Part shown: one piece after another, positions 28,100-37,469 of the stretch | Layout: each line of letters starts with the position of its first letter | Numbering within the stretch: position 1 is the first letter of the stretch | Virus record (IMG/VR): IMGVR_UViG_3300047650_000023 | Source: a virus | DNA: 64,000 nucleotides | Strand: one strand, 5' to 3' | Program-made: the position numbers and the translations under genes | The notes under the pieces: generated by a model | The model's database searches: none | Told to the model about the DNA's origin: nothing | Seen by the model: the letters and a program-made list of their open reading frames with translations, nothing else

Positions 28100-30417
28100 A
28101 TACATTTTTTTGGCTCTCAAAAAATCAATCAAAAGAACGAACTTACTACATTAGTGTAAATACAATAAAATGCCGATTCTATACTGACTTTGACTTTCTT
28201 TGACCTTGATATATGGCTCTACATAGGTTTATTATGCCCACTGTTGGCACTGATCAGCAATGATTACCGGATTTTTAACGCCAATTTAAGCAAACACATA
28301 ATTCCCTTTTATTTGACAAATGCCAACTAATAACAGTAGTTAGCATTCAGCCGATAAACCTTGATGAATAGGCACTTTGTAGCATGTAATATAATGATAA
28401 TATGTATACTTATATTAATATTCAGCATGTATTATTGATAACAATTATTAATAAGGGTATGGGCGTACTTTACAAAAACCAAGTCCATTTTTTGTGCAAT
28501 ATGTCAGCTAGTACATCTATACGACGGTCCCGCACCTCTAAACCGAGCGAATCGACTAAACTTCAAATAAAACTCTCAAAACCCAAATTCAATCCAAATC
28601 ATCACTAATAATCTTCGATAACCCACTTCGGACAAATGCCCTATTTACCTACACATTTGCATAATCTAATACTTAAAATATGCAATTAAAACACCAAAAC
28701 CAACCTAATTTACCTAAAATCCATTTATTAAATCTCTATAAACCCTTATCTCATCTACCTTTTCTCCGAACCCACCTAAAATATAATAATTCATAATAAA
28801 TAATATTGTTAAATCATATTTAATGTAATATAATTGTTTAAGATTGACTAATTAAATTTAACAAATATCATCATTTAGACAATTAAATTTTAACCCAATA
28901 ACAATAGACGAATATAGTAAATTAGCCAGTTTGTGAATATCACTAAATCACAAAATAAAATAACTTTGGATAATTTCTTAAATTAACCTTAACTAAGTTT
29001 ACCGAAGATCATAAAATTTATCTAAGAATTTACCTAACAGAAATATAAATTACATATTTAAATAACATTAGCAATTAAAATTTTAAACAATATAAATATA
29101 ATAAAATCTGCAACCTTACAATCAATTCTATAGTATAATCAATTCTACGGTCAGATATTAAACATTAAATAAACAACCTATCTACCCTATCAAATTATAC
29201 CCCTAATATTTTAGTTTCAGAATCCTTTTAATTATAAAGAGAATCAACAGAAAAACAGCATTAGTATAATATTAGCAATATAAGATCAATTAACTCCAAT
29301 TAATCTGATTAATATATTTTATTTTCAAAACAATAAAACAAAAAATCAATAATTTCACCAGTACATCTAACCTGTAATCACACATCATTTTAACGTCATA
29401 TTTATTTATCTAATCAATAGAATCTCAACACAACATATCTCACCCTCAAATTTATACTCTTAAATAATTGAGTCAGAAACATTAATTTAAATAAAAGAAA
29501 CCTGTTCTAAAAGGACATATAATATTTTAATAGATAAATTAATAAACAAATAACGAGGTGACTATGTTTAACTGTAGGTGGTGTACTTTTACAATTCCTA
29601 AGAGAATAAATATTAACACTACATAATTCTATTTATAACCCAAAGATAAAATTAACATAATAATGTCAAACAAAATCAGATCAAAACACATACCCTCTTT
29701 TACCTCAATTTCCTTAACATTAAACAATAGAATAACAACTAAACTGCTTTACCCTCAAATTATTCAATCAGACATACTTATATCATTAAACCATTGTTTA
29801 AATAAAGAAATATTAACTCAAAACACTATTAGTGAAGTAATCAGACACTTGCACTTAAAATTTTATATTAATACAATATACTCATATAGGGGCTATGTTT
29901 ACAATTCTAGATCACAATAAATTAACCTACCAATAACCTTAAAATATAGACCATTAAAATTATCTCAAATCTATTTATTTAAACAATAAAATAAACACTA
30001 AACTAAATACCTCTATAATTTCGCACTAACACTATTCAAGTTAATAAACTATATATTAGATAAATAAAACTAAACTCAAAACGCTATCCTAACATTAAGG
30101 ATTAACTAATCATATGTAAAACAGAATTATGTAAATATGCTAAAAATAAAATATATAAATTATAAACAACAATCAAGTATATTTATCAGACCTATTACAA
30201 CACTTCACAAGCGATTAATAATCTTACCCTAAATTTATACTATAATGAGATAAAAGTCTGTCAACAAGTCTATATGAAGGTTATATATATCTCAAGTTGA
30301 ATATCTAATATATTAGTAACAAGAATAATATAATAATATACCAAAAAAACAATATCAAAATAAATAAGAAGAAAGCATAAATTATCTAAAATAAATTAAT
30401 AAAACAGTCAAAAACAC

Positions 30418-30446
30418 TTGACATTTATCCTAAAAAGAACTATAAT
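30418..30446 (+). promoter_or_regulatory. Consensus sigma-A promoter of the recombinase
   Basis: TTGACA-17-TATAAT. Confidence 0.85.
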
Positions 30447-30522
30447 TATATTGTTAGGAAAAACAGATTTAGAGCAAGTTCTTAACAAATAAATTAAATA
30501 AATTTTTAAGGAGAGATTTATA

Positions 30523-31377
30523 ATGAATACTAATTCAATATCTTTTACAAGAGCAAATACAATTAATGATAAACCAAATAAAAATAATGTTAATAACAAC
30601 AACGTAACTAGTATTTTTGATTACATGCCTAAAACAAAAATCATTGAATCTGAAGAAATTGAATCAGACAATGATTTAATAGAAGAATTAACAAATAAAA
30701 ATAAATCCAATCATCCAAGTGCTTACACATCAAGAGGAATTATAAAGGCAAAAACAGTTGAACCATTTAGTTCAGAAGATATAACTAAAATGAAAAAGCA
30801 TTTTTTAGATAAAAAAGAATATAGAAATTATATGTTATTTTTATTAGGTGTTTCACTAGGGTTTAGAATTGGGGATTTACTATCTCTTAGGATATCTGAT
30901 GTAATGAATACTAATTCTACTTTTAAAAAACGTGTAGAGATATATGAGCAAAAAACTAAAAAATTTAATAATCCACTATTGATTAAGACATCACAACAAG
31001 CAATAGCTTTATATTTTGAAAATATCAAATCTAAAAATAAAGATTATGAAATTAAGAACCACATGGATGATTATTTATTTATGAGTGCAAAAGGATTTAA
31101 AGAAGTATTAAAAGTTCCATCGGCACATAAGATTTTAAAAACAACAGCAAGAGAACTTAATATTGATAGAAATATTGGTACGCATTCTTTAAGAAAAACT
31201 CATTTTCATATAATGTATGATAATGAAACTAACAAAGGAAATAATGATGCATTAGATTTAGTACAAATAGGATGCAATCATTCTGATAAGAGAACCAGTT
31301 CTAGGTATATTGGTTTAACACAAGAAAGAATTGATGAAGCTAAACAAGGTATATCAGATATACTAGAGAAATTATAA
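30523..31377 (+). CDS. Tyrosine recombinase (integrase family)
   Basis: GFRIGDL (R), HSLRKT (HxxR), NHS (H), RYIG (Y) catalytic set. Confidence 0.9.
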   Translation: MNTNSISFTRANTINDKPNKNNVNNNNVTSIFDYMPKTKIIESEEIESDNDLIEELTNKNKSNHPSAYTSRGIIKAKTVEPFSSEDITKMKKHFLDKKEYRNYMLFLLGVSLGFRIGDLLSLRISDVMNTNSTFKKRVEIYEQKTKKFNNPLLIKTSQQAIALYFENIKSKNKDYEIKNHMDDYLFMSAKGFKEVLKVPSAHKILKTTARELNIDRNIGTHSLRKTHFHIMYDNETNKGNNDALDLVQIGCNHSDKRTSSRYIGLTQERIDEAKQGISDILEKL

Positions 31378-31416
31378 TAATAAATTAACCGTCCGTAAGA
31401 CAACAATATAATAATT

Positions 31417-31457
31417 GGTAAGGATGTAAGTCAAGTAGAGAGATAACCATCCTTACC
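31417..31457 (+). terminator. Inverted repeat downstream of the recombinase
   Basis: GGTAAGGATG / CATCCTTACC perfect 10-bp IR; no clear U-tract. Confidence 0.4.
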
Positions 31458-31544
31458 GAGAAATTATAAATATGATGATTATATTATTTTATATTACAAA
31501 AGAAACAGTAAGTGAAATAAATTAAAAAAACTTAGAAGAAAGTA

Positions 31545-31573
31545 TTGACAAGTAAAATAAATTAAGATATAAT
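31545..31573 (+). promoter_or_regulatory. Consensus sigma-A promoter
   Basis: TTGACA-17-TATAAT. Confidence 0.85.
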
Positions 31574-31610
31574 AGTAAGTACAGAAAGGAGAAATTATAA
31601 ATTTGAATAT

Positions 31611-31682
31611 AAACCAATAAACCAATAAACCAATAAACCAATAAACCAATAAACCAATAAACCAATAAACCAATAAACCAAT
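31611..31682 (+). repeat. Perfect tandem repeat (AAACCAAT)x9
   Basis: Nine exact 8-bp copies read directly. Confidence 0.97.
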
Positions 31683-31945
31683 AAATTAAAACTATAATAA
31701 CTAAACAAAAAATATATAAAAGAAAGAAATGATAATATGATATAGAAATAAAACAAAAAAATAAAAATCGTAATATATATTCTCTATACTAGTATAATAA
31801 TCTTTCTATACGTTGCGTACAACAAAGTACGGTTGAGTAGGATTTTAAAGCTATAGAAACTACTATAAATATTCTACTGCACTGTACTTCCGTGTCTATA
31901 GGGAGCAAATTTAAAAATTAGCAGAAAGGTTGGTTAAATAAAAGT

Positions 31946-32677
31946 TTGAGCAAAGGTAATTTTGTTAGATTTCCAAAAGAATTATTTTTTAATATTGAAG
32001 GTAGTGAAAATAATGTTTCTAAAGATATTATGGTATATTATTATTTAGCAAGAAAACGATGTTTAGATGATACTGTTAACATTTCAATAAAGAATCTAAT
32101 TGAAACTATTGGTTATCAATACAATCCAAGAAAGAACAAATTAAATCTAGGTGTTAAAGATGTTTTATTTAGTTTTCAAAATAAAGATTGGATTGATATA
32201 TTAAATCCTGAAAATCTAATAGGTAATCAATGTTGTACCATTAAGATAAACAATCAATATTGGGATACGCTAAAAGAATTTACTATGGCTTACATAAGTG
32301 ATATTGAGAAAATTACCAAAAGTAAAATAGATACAGATATAACAATAACATTAATTGTTTATATATATTTACGTTATCATCTTAGAAAGAGATATGAAAA
32401 TCAGAGTATTGAATTTAGCCCATCGGTTTGTATTAGGACATTTAATGCAATTGCAGATGATATTGGAATTCACTATCATACAGTTTCTAAAATTATTGAT
32501 AATCTTGTAAAATTAGATTTAATTATGGTTCAAAAGACAGGAAAATATAAATGTGTTGATGGATCATATAAAACAGGAGCTACTATATTTACAAATACAG
32601 ATGAATATGGATATAATCCCAAAGAAGAATTAAAATACGGAATGGAAATACTAAGAAATTTTAAAGGTAATTTATAA
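31946..32677 (+). CDS. Replication-initiator-like winged-helix protein
   Basis: N-term FVRFPKELF...VYYYL; C-term HTH FNAIADDIGIHYHTVSKIIDNLVKLDLI. Confidence 0.5.
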   Translation: MSKGNFVRFPKELFFNIEGSENNVSKDIMVYYYLARKRCLDDTVNISIKNLIETIGYQYNPRKNKLNLGVKDVLFSFQNKDWIDILNPENLIGNQCCTIKINNQYWDTLKEFTMAYISDIEKITKSKIDTDITITLIVYIYLRYHLRKRYENQSIEFSPSVCIRTFNAIADDIGIHYHTVSKIIDNLVKLDLIMVQKTGKYKCVDGSYKTGATIFTNTDEYGYNPKEELKYGMEILRNFKGNL

Positions 32678-32701
32678 TCACAATAAATTAATAAAGGAGA
32701 T

Positions 32702-33604
32702 TTGATATTATTGAATTGTATAGCAGGAATTTATAAAATAATAAATAAACAGAATAATAAGATGTATATTGGTGAAACTGAAGATGTTTCAAGAAGATGG
32801 GTAGAACATTTAACTGATTTAGTATCTAATGAGCATTGTAATAAAAAGCTACAAGATGATTTTAATAAATATGGTATTAAGAATTTTTTGTTTGAAGTTA
32901 TTGAATCTATCATAATAGATAATAATGATAATTCCAATGTATCAGTATTTAAATTGAAAATGACATTACTTTGTAGAGAAACATTTTACATAAGAAAATA
33001 TAATACTATTGAAGACGGATATAATATAGTTGATTCAATAAAAGAAACTTTAACAAATAAATGTGATATATTTTATAGAAATAGAACACAAAGTATAGAA
33101 ACGTCTTTTATGATTAGAAATTTCTTAAAAAATAATTTTAAATTATTAAATAGTGAAAGTGCTATTATAACAAATGAAGATATTTTAATAAAAGAAAAAG
33201 TCAAAAATATAAATGCAAATAAACCAAAAATAAAAGAAACTAAAAAAATCACAGATATAATTATTAAAAAATCTAAAAATAAAAAAGACAAAAATGAATA
33301 TTTTAGAGATATTGGATGCTTAGGAATGAATGAAATTTATACATTAGCAAAAGAAAATAAATTAATTAGTGATATAATGAAAATATCTGAATTTAGAATG
33401 ATACTTCAAGATAATAATATTATTCATTTTGAAAATGGATCATGGCATACTACTCAATCATCCTTAGATAATAAATTAATTTTATTAGGGGATTTAAAAA
33501 ATAATAAAGATAAATTTACATATAATCAATTATGGTTTACGCCTAATGGAATAAAAGTAATTAATAGTATCTTTAATATCAATAAAGGAAGTGATGTAAT
33601 TTGA
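32702..33604 (+). CDS. GIY-YIG endonuclease with KilAC/antirepressor-like C-terminus
   Basis: GIYKI...MYIGET...RRWVEH; C-term WHTTQSSLDNKL...LWFTPNG. Confidence 0.75.
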   Translation: MILLNCIAGIYKIINKQNNKMYIGETEDVSRRWVEHLTDLVSNEHCNKKLQDDFNKYGIKNFLFEVIESIIIDNNDNSNVSVFKLKMTLLCRETFYIRKYNTIEDGYNIVDSIKETLTNKCDIFYRNRTQSIETSFMIRNFLKNNFKLLNSESAIITNEDILIKEKVKNINANKPKIKETKKITDIIIKKSKNKKDKNEYFRDIGCLGMNEIYTLAKENKLISDIMKISEFRMILQDNNIIHFENGSWHTTQSSLDNKLILLGDLKNNKDKFTYNQLWFTPNGIKVINSIFNINKGSDVI

Positions 33605-33724
33605 ATGTTTTGATACATATCTCCCATATCACAAAGTGCATGGACAAGACTTTAATATAAGAGAACGTAATTACACCATAAAAATAAAAATGCCTATACA
33701 ACGGCAGAAAGAGGTTTAATAACA

Positions 33725-34114
33725 ATGCTAAATAGAGAACAACAATTGGAAGTAGCAAGAGCAACAAGTCAACGTGAATCGGAGAGTGATACATTTAAGA
33801 AATTGACTATGGAAGAGAAGGAGACACATTATTTCACTACAGATGTAGATAAAGAGTGGTTTGCAGAATCTTCAATTCCAAAAGATATACATAGATTTGA
33901 GAAATGTAATTGGACTCTTGTAGATACTACAAATTATCCAGATGGTACGGTTATGAAGAAAAGATTTAAAGCACCAAGAAATTGTCTTACACCAAGAACT
34001 TATGTTGTCGATAAACCAAAGAGAGAACGTCCACCAATGACAGAAGAACATAAAGCTAAATTGTTTGCAGCAAGAAATAATAAGAAAAGTGAAAAAGTAA
34101 ATAGTGAGGATTAA
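33725..34114 (+). CDS. Hypothetical phage protein
   Basis: AAAGAGG upstream; basic C-terminus. Confidence 0.75.
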   Translation: MLNREQQLEVARATSQRESESDTFKKLTMEEKETHYFTTDVDKEWFAESSIPKDIHRFEKCNWTLVDTTNYPDGTVMKKRFKAPRNCLTPRTYVVDKPKRERPPMTEEHKAKLFAARNNKKSEKVNSED

Positions 34115-34527
34115 TGACAAATAAGAATATTCGATATTTTGAACTTGCTAAAGAAGTTTCTAAACTTTCGGATTTTCATAGTCATCATATTGGATGCATT
34201 ATTACATACGGGCATCATATTATAAGTACCGCTTATAATACAAACAAGTCTTCACCTCTTCAAGCAAAATATAATAAATATTGTGGACTAGATGAGAATA
34301 ATATTAATCATAAGATGCATGGTGAAATATATGCTCTTTCAAAAATTAAGGATTTAGATAATATTGATTGTAATAAGATAGATATTTATATTTGGCGTGA
34401 ACATAAAGATGGTATTAGAGCATTATCAAGACCATGCAATGCTTGCATGTCAATGATTAAAGATAATGGCATAAAGAATATTTATTACACTGGCGAAGAT
34501 TCTTATATCTATGAAAAATTAGCGTAA
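34114..34527 (+). CDS. Cytidine/dCMP-deaminase-fold zinc enzyme
   Basis: HGE (HxE) and PCNAC (PCxxC) motifs. Confidence 0.85.
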   Translation: MTNKNIRYFELAKEVSKLSDFHSHHIGCIITYGHHIISTAYNTNKSSPLQAKYNKYCGLDENNINHKMHGEIYALSKIKDLDNIDCNKIDIYIWREHKDGIRALSRPCNACMSMIKDNGIKNIYYTGEDSYIYEKLA

Positions 34528-34625
34528 TTACAATAAACTAAATAATAAACAACAAACTTATTTCTAAAAGTAGAAAGGTGTGTTGAAAATTAAAATAATA
34601 ATTAAAATAAGAAAGAGGATTATTA

Positions 34626-34958
34626 ATGATAAACAGAAATATAGGAGATTCAAGAGTTAATGGAGTTAGTAGAAATACATATGGTGAGAATAAAGAATTA
34701 AATTGTAAGGATTGTTTATGGATAGATAGTTGCGAAAAACAACTACGACATGAAGTTAATATAGCTGAAACAGCTAGTGGCGTAGATAGTGAACTAGAAG
34801 ATATGTATGGTTGCGAAGAATTTTTAAATGCAAATTATGATAGTAATTTTTTAGAATTAAAGGATATCAATATAGATGAGTATATTGAGAATAATAGGCA
34901 AGATTATATTAATGATCATAGAAATGATTATTATACATACACAAGGGAGTTTAATTAA
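34626..34958 (+). CDS. Hypothetical phage protein
   Basis: CKDC...C...C motif; AAAGAGG upstream. Confidence 0.7.
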   Translation: MINRNIGDSRVNGVSRNTYGENKELNCKDCLWIDSCEKQLRHEVNIAETASGVDSELEDMYGCEEFLNANYDSNFLELKDINIDEYIENNRQDYINDHRNDYYTYTREFN

Positions 34959-35196
34959 TGTATGGATACTGATAATTTTACAGAAAGTGAATTAATAACT
35001 ATCGTAACATCTTTAGATTTAGGTGAAAGTCAAGTAAAGTTTCAAGAAAGGATGTTTGGAGTAGACTTTAGTAATTATGAAACAGATAGGAAAAATATAA
35101 TAAGAAAGATTAATAATTATAAATGTCAACAAGTGTAAACCAAAGATAGGTTTTATTGGATATTTAGAAATAAAAATAAAAAATTAAGAAAGAGAA

Positions 35197-35520
35197 ATGA
35201 AAGTAATGAGTTATTATTTAACAGTTGATTATGAAGATTTTAAACCTAAGACTTATAACGGCTTAAGTATTTATAAGAGTAATTATAATAGTAAATCAGA
35301 AAAAATAGTTTCAGTAAACACAGGTATTTTAGAAGATGATGAAGATATTGCATTGGATAAACTATACGATTTAGTTGGAGAAGTTCAAGTACAATATTTA
35401 AGTTCTTATGATAATTATCTTGATGATTTATATCCTTGTAAAATTTCTCAAAAAATAAGAAATAAATTAGTATTTACTATTATTAAGATTAAAAATGTAT
35501 TTAAAAGAAAGGTAGTGTAA
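35197..35520 (+). CDS. Hypothetical phage protein
   Basis: ORF co-directional with neighbours. Confidence 0.6.
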   Translation: MKVMSYYLTVDYEDFKPKTYNGLSIYKSNYNSKSEKIVSVNTGILEDDEDIALDKLYDLVGEVQVQYLSSYDNYLDDLYPCKISQKIRNKLVFTIIKIKNVFKRKVV

Positions 35521-35531
35521 ATGAATAATAT

Positions 35532-36599
35532 ATGGGAAAGCAAATTTATAATTTAAAAATTGATGAGGAGCTAAGAGATTTACTTCCATCTCTAGCCGAA
35601 GATGAGTTTAAACAACTTGAAGAAAATTTAATTAAAGATGGTTGTCAAAGTCCTTTATTTGTGTGGAAAGGTTATATCGCAGATGGTCATAATCGTTATA
35701 AAATTTGTACTAAACATAAAATACCTTTTGAAATTGTAAATTTAGGTTATGAAGATAAATCAGATGTTATGCGCTGGATGATTGATACTCAAATAGGTAG
35801 ACGTAATCTTGAACCTATTCAACGTATTCAGATATCTGAAAAATATAGACCTATATTTGAGATGAAAGCAAAAGAAAATAAAGAAAAGGCGATACAAAAA
35901 GCAAGAGAGTATAATCCTAATAATTGTAATGAACAGTTTTCGCAGAAATCTGCGGAATCAGTTAAACCGATAGATACTCGTGATGAAATGGCAAAGTTAG
36001 CTGGGGTATCCCATGATACATATAATAAAGGGCGTACAATTCTTAAATCTGATAATGAAGATGTTAAGAAAAAAGTTTTAAGTGGCGAAATGAGTATTAA
36101 TGCAGGTTATAATGTTATCAAGCCAAAAGAAACTAAGATTTTTCAGAAAGAAGAAAGAAAGCAAGAATCAATTCAAAAGACTAATAAGGTATGTAAGAAG
36201 TGTAGTGTCGAAAAAAATTTATCGGAATTTGAAAACAATAATGATTTTTGTAAAGAATGTGTTTCGCATTTATATGAAATACCAAAGCAACAAAATAATA
36301 AAGAGAAAGAAAATAGTTATTATCAAGATGATATTACTAAAAATCTCAAAACTGAAAAACTCGCAAAAGATTATTTGAATGTAGATGCGGAAGTTAATTG
36401 TGCTTGTGATGAAATATTAAATCAAATTGATTTAAGTATTAATCGTATTTTTGAATCTGATATGGAAGTATCAAGAAATATGACTTTTAATAATAAAGTT
36501 TTTATGTGTAATAAAATTGATGAGATGATTAATAAGTTAAATGGTTTTAAATATAAAATTAAAAATATAAAAATTGAAGGAAAAAATATTAATGAATAA
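35532..36599 (+). CDS. ParB/Srx N-terminal domain protein
   Basis: LPSLAEDEFKQLEENLIKDG...IADGHNRY; central HTH. Confidence 0.8.
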   Translation: MGKQIYNLKIDEELRDLLPSLAEDEFKQLEENLIKDGCQSPLFVWKGYIADGHNRYKICTKHKIPFEIVNLGYEDKSDVMRWMIDTQIGRRNLEPIQRIQISEKYRPIFEMKAKENKEKAIQKAREYNPNNCNEQFSQKSAESVKPIDTRDEMAKLAGVSHDTYNKGRTILKSDNEDVKKKVLSGEMSINAGYNVIKPKETKIFQKEERKQESIQKTNKVCKKCSVEKNLSEFENNNDFCKECVSHLYEIPKQQNNKEKENSYYQDDITKNLKTEKLAKDYLNVDAEVNCACDEILNQIDLSINRIFESDMEVSRNMTFNNKVFMCNKIDEMINKLNGFKYKIKNIKIEGKNINE

Positions 36600-37392
36600 A
36601 AATGTTACTTATACTGATGGAAAATTAAATGTATATACTTTACATTCAGCCCTAAATTGTCAGAGATCAATTGATGAAAAACATGTTAAAGAAATTTATG
36701 ATATTTGGAATGATGGTAGTGTAGAACCAATTAGAATTAGTCAAAGAAATGGAGAAAATAGAATTGTAGATGGACAACATACAGTTAAGGCGTGGATAAA
36801 AAGAATTGAAAATGGGTTATGTGATGATGTTATGATAAAATGCATTATTGCTCATAATATGAATAATGACGATGAAAATGAATGGTTTGCTATTGAGGCA
36901 AAGAAAAGTAAAGGTCAGTCATGTAAAAGTGTATATGAAGCGAGAGTTTTATCTAAAAATGATAATTCTATTAATTCTTTAATTACAGATTTACAGGAAT
37001 CAAATCTTTTCATTAAGGTTTTTGTACCAAGTGGGAATAATGTAATTGAAGCAATTGATACTGTTGAAAAAATTCATAACAATATGAATAAAGATGAATT
37101 TATTAAATGCTTTATCATATTACAGAAAACTTGGTGTGGAGATATAGAGTCATTAAGGGCATCATTTATAAAAGGAATGGTTAAATTTTATAATACATAT
37201 AATTATGCTTTTGATGATAAAAGATTTATTATGGCATTATCAAAAATCTCTGCAAAAACGATTAAAGATGAAGCTGATTCTGATAAAATTACTAAAGATA
37301 TCGGAATTAAGTATGCAAGAATTTTGAATATGTATTATAACAAAAGACTTGGAAAAGGAAGACAATTAAAAATTAGTAAATTGGAAGATTAA
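36592..37392 (+). CDS. ParB-like (DUF6551-type) protein
   Basis: QRSID...EPIRIS...IVDGQHT motif. Confidence 0.7.
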   Translation: MNKNVTYTDGKLNVYTLHSALNCQRSIDEKHVKEIYDIWNDGSVEPIRISQRNGENRIVDGQHTVKAWIKRIENGLCDDVMIKCIIAHNMNNDDENEWFAIEAKKSKGQSCKSVYEARVLSKNDNSINSLITDLQESNLFIKVFVPSGNNVIEAIDTVEKIHNNMNKDEFIKCFIILQKTWCGDIESLRASFIKGMVKFYNTYNYAFDDKRFIMALSKISAKTIKDEADSDKITKDIGIKYARILNMYYNKRLGKGRQLKISKLED

Positions 37393-37400
37393 TTTTTTTG

Positions 37401-37447
37401 TTAATTTATAATCCACTCATCGTAGTGGTGAATGGATTATAAATTAA
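37401..37447. promoter_or_regulatory. Perfect 15-bp inverted repeat upstream of the RNA polymerase RBS
   Basis: TTAATTTATAATCCA (37401-37415) / TGGATTATAAATTAA (37433-37447). Confidence 0.6.
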
Positions 37448-37469
37448 ATAGAATAGGAGGTATAAAGTT

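Noticed and set aside
28400-29920. ORFs 28402-28608 and 29663-29920 in the skewed region
   Set aside because: No RBS, and composition-driven amino-acid content; probably not genes.
30110-30140. dif-like site (TTATGTAAA resembles a XerD arm)
   Set aside because: No matching XerC-side arm at the correct spacing.
33592-33720. Short frame FECFDTYLPYHKVHG... preceded by ATG-TAA
   Set aside because: No usable in-frame start; cannot distinguish a pseudogene from noise.
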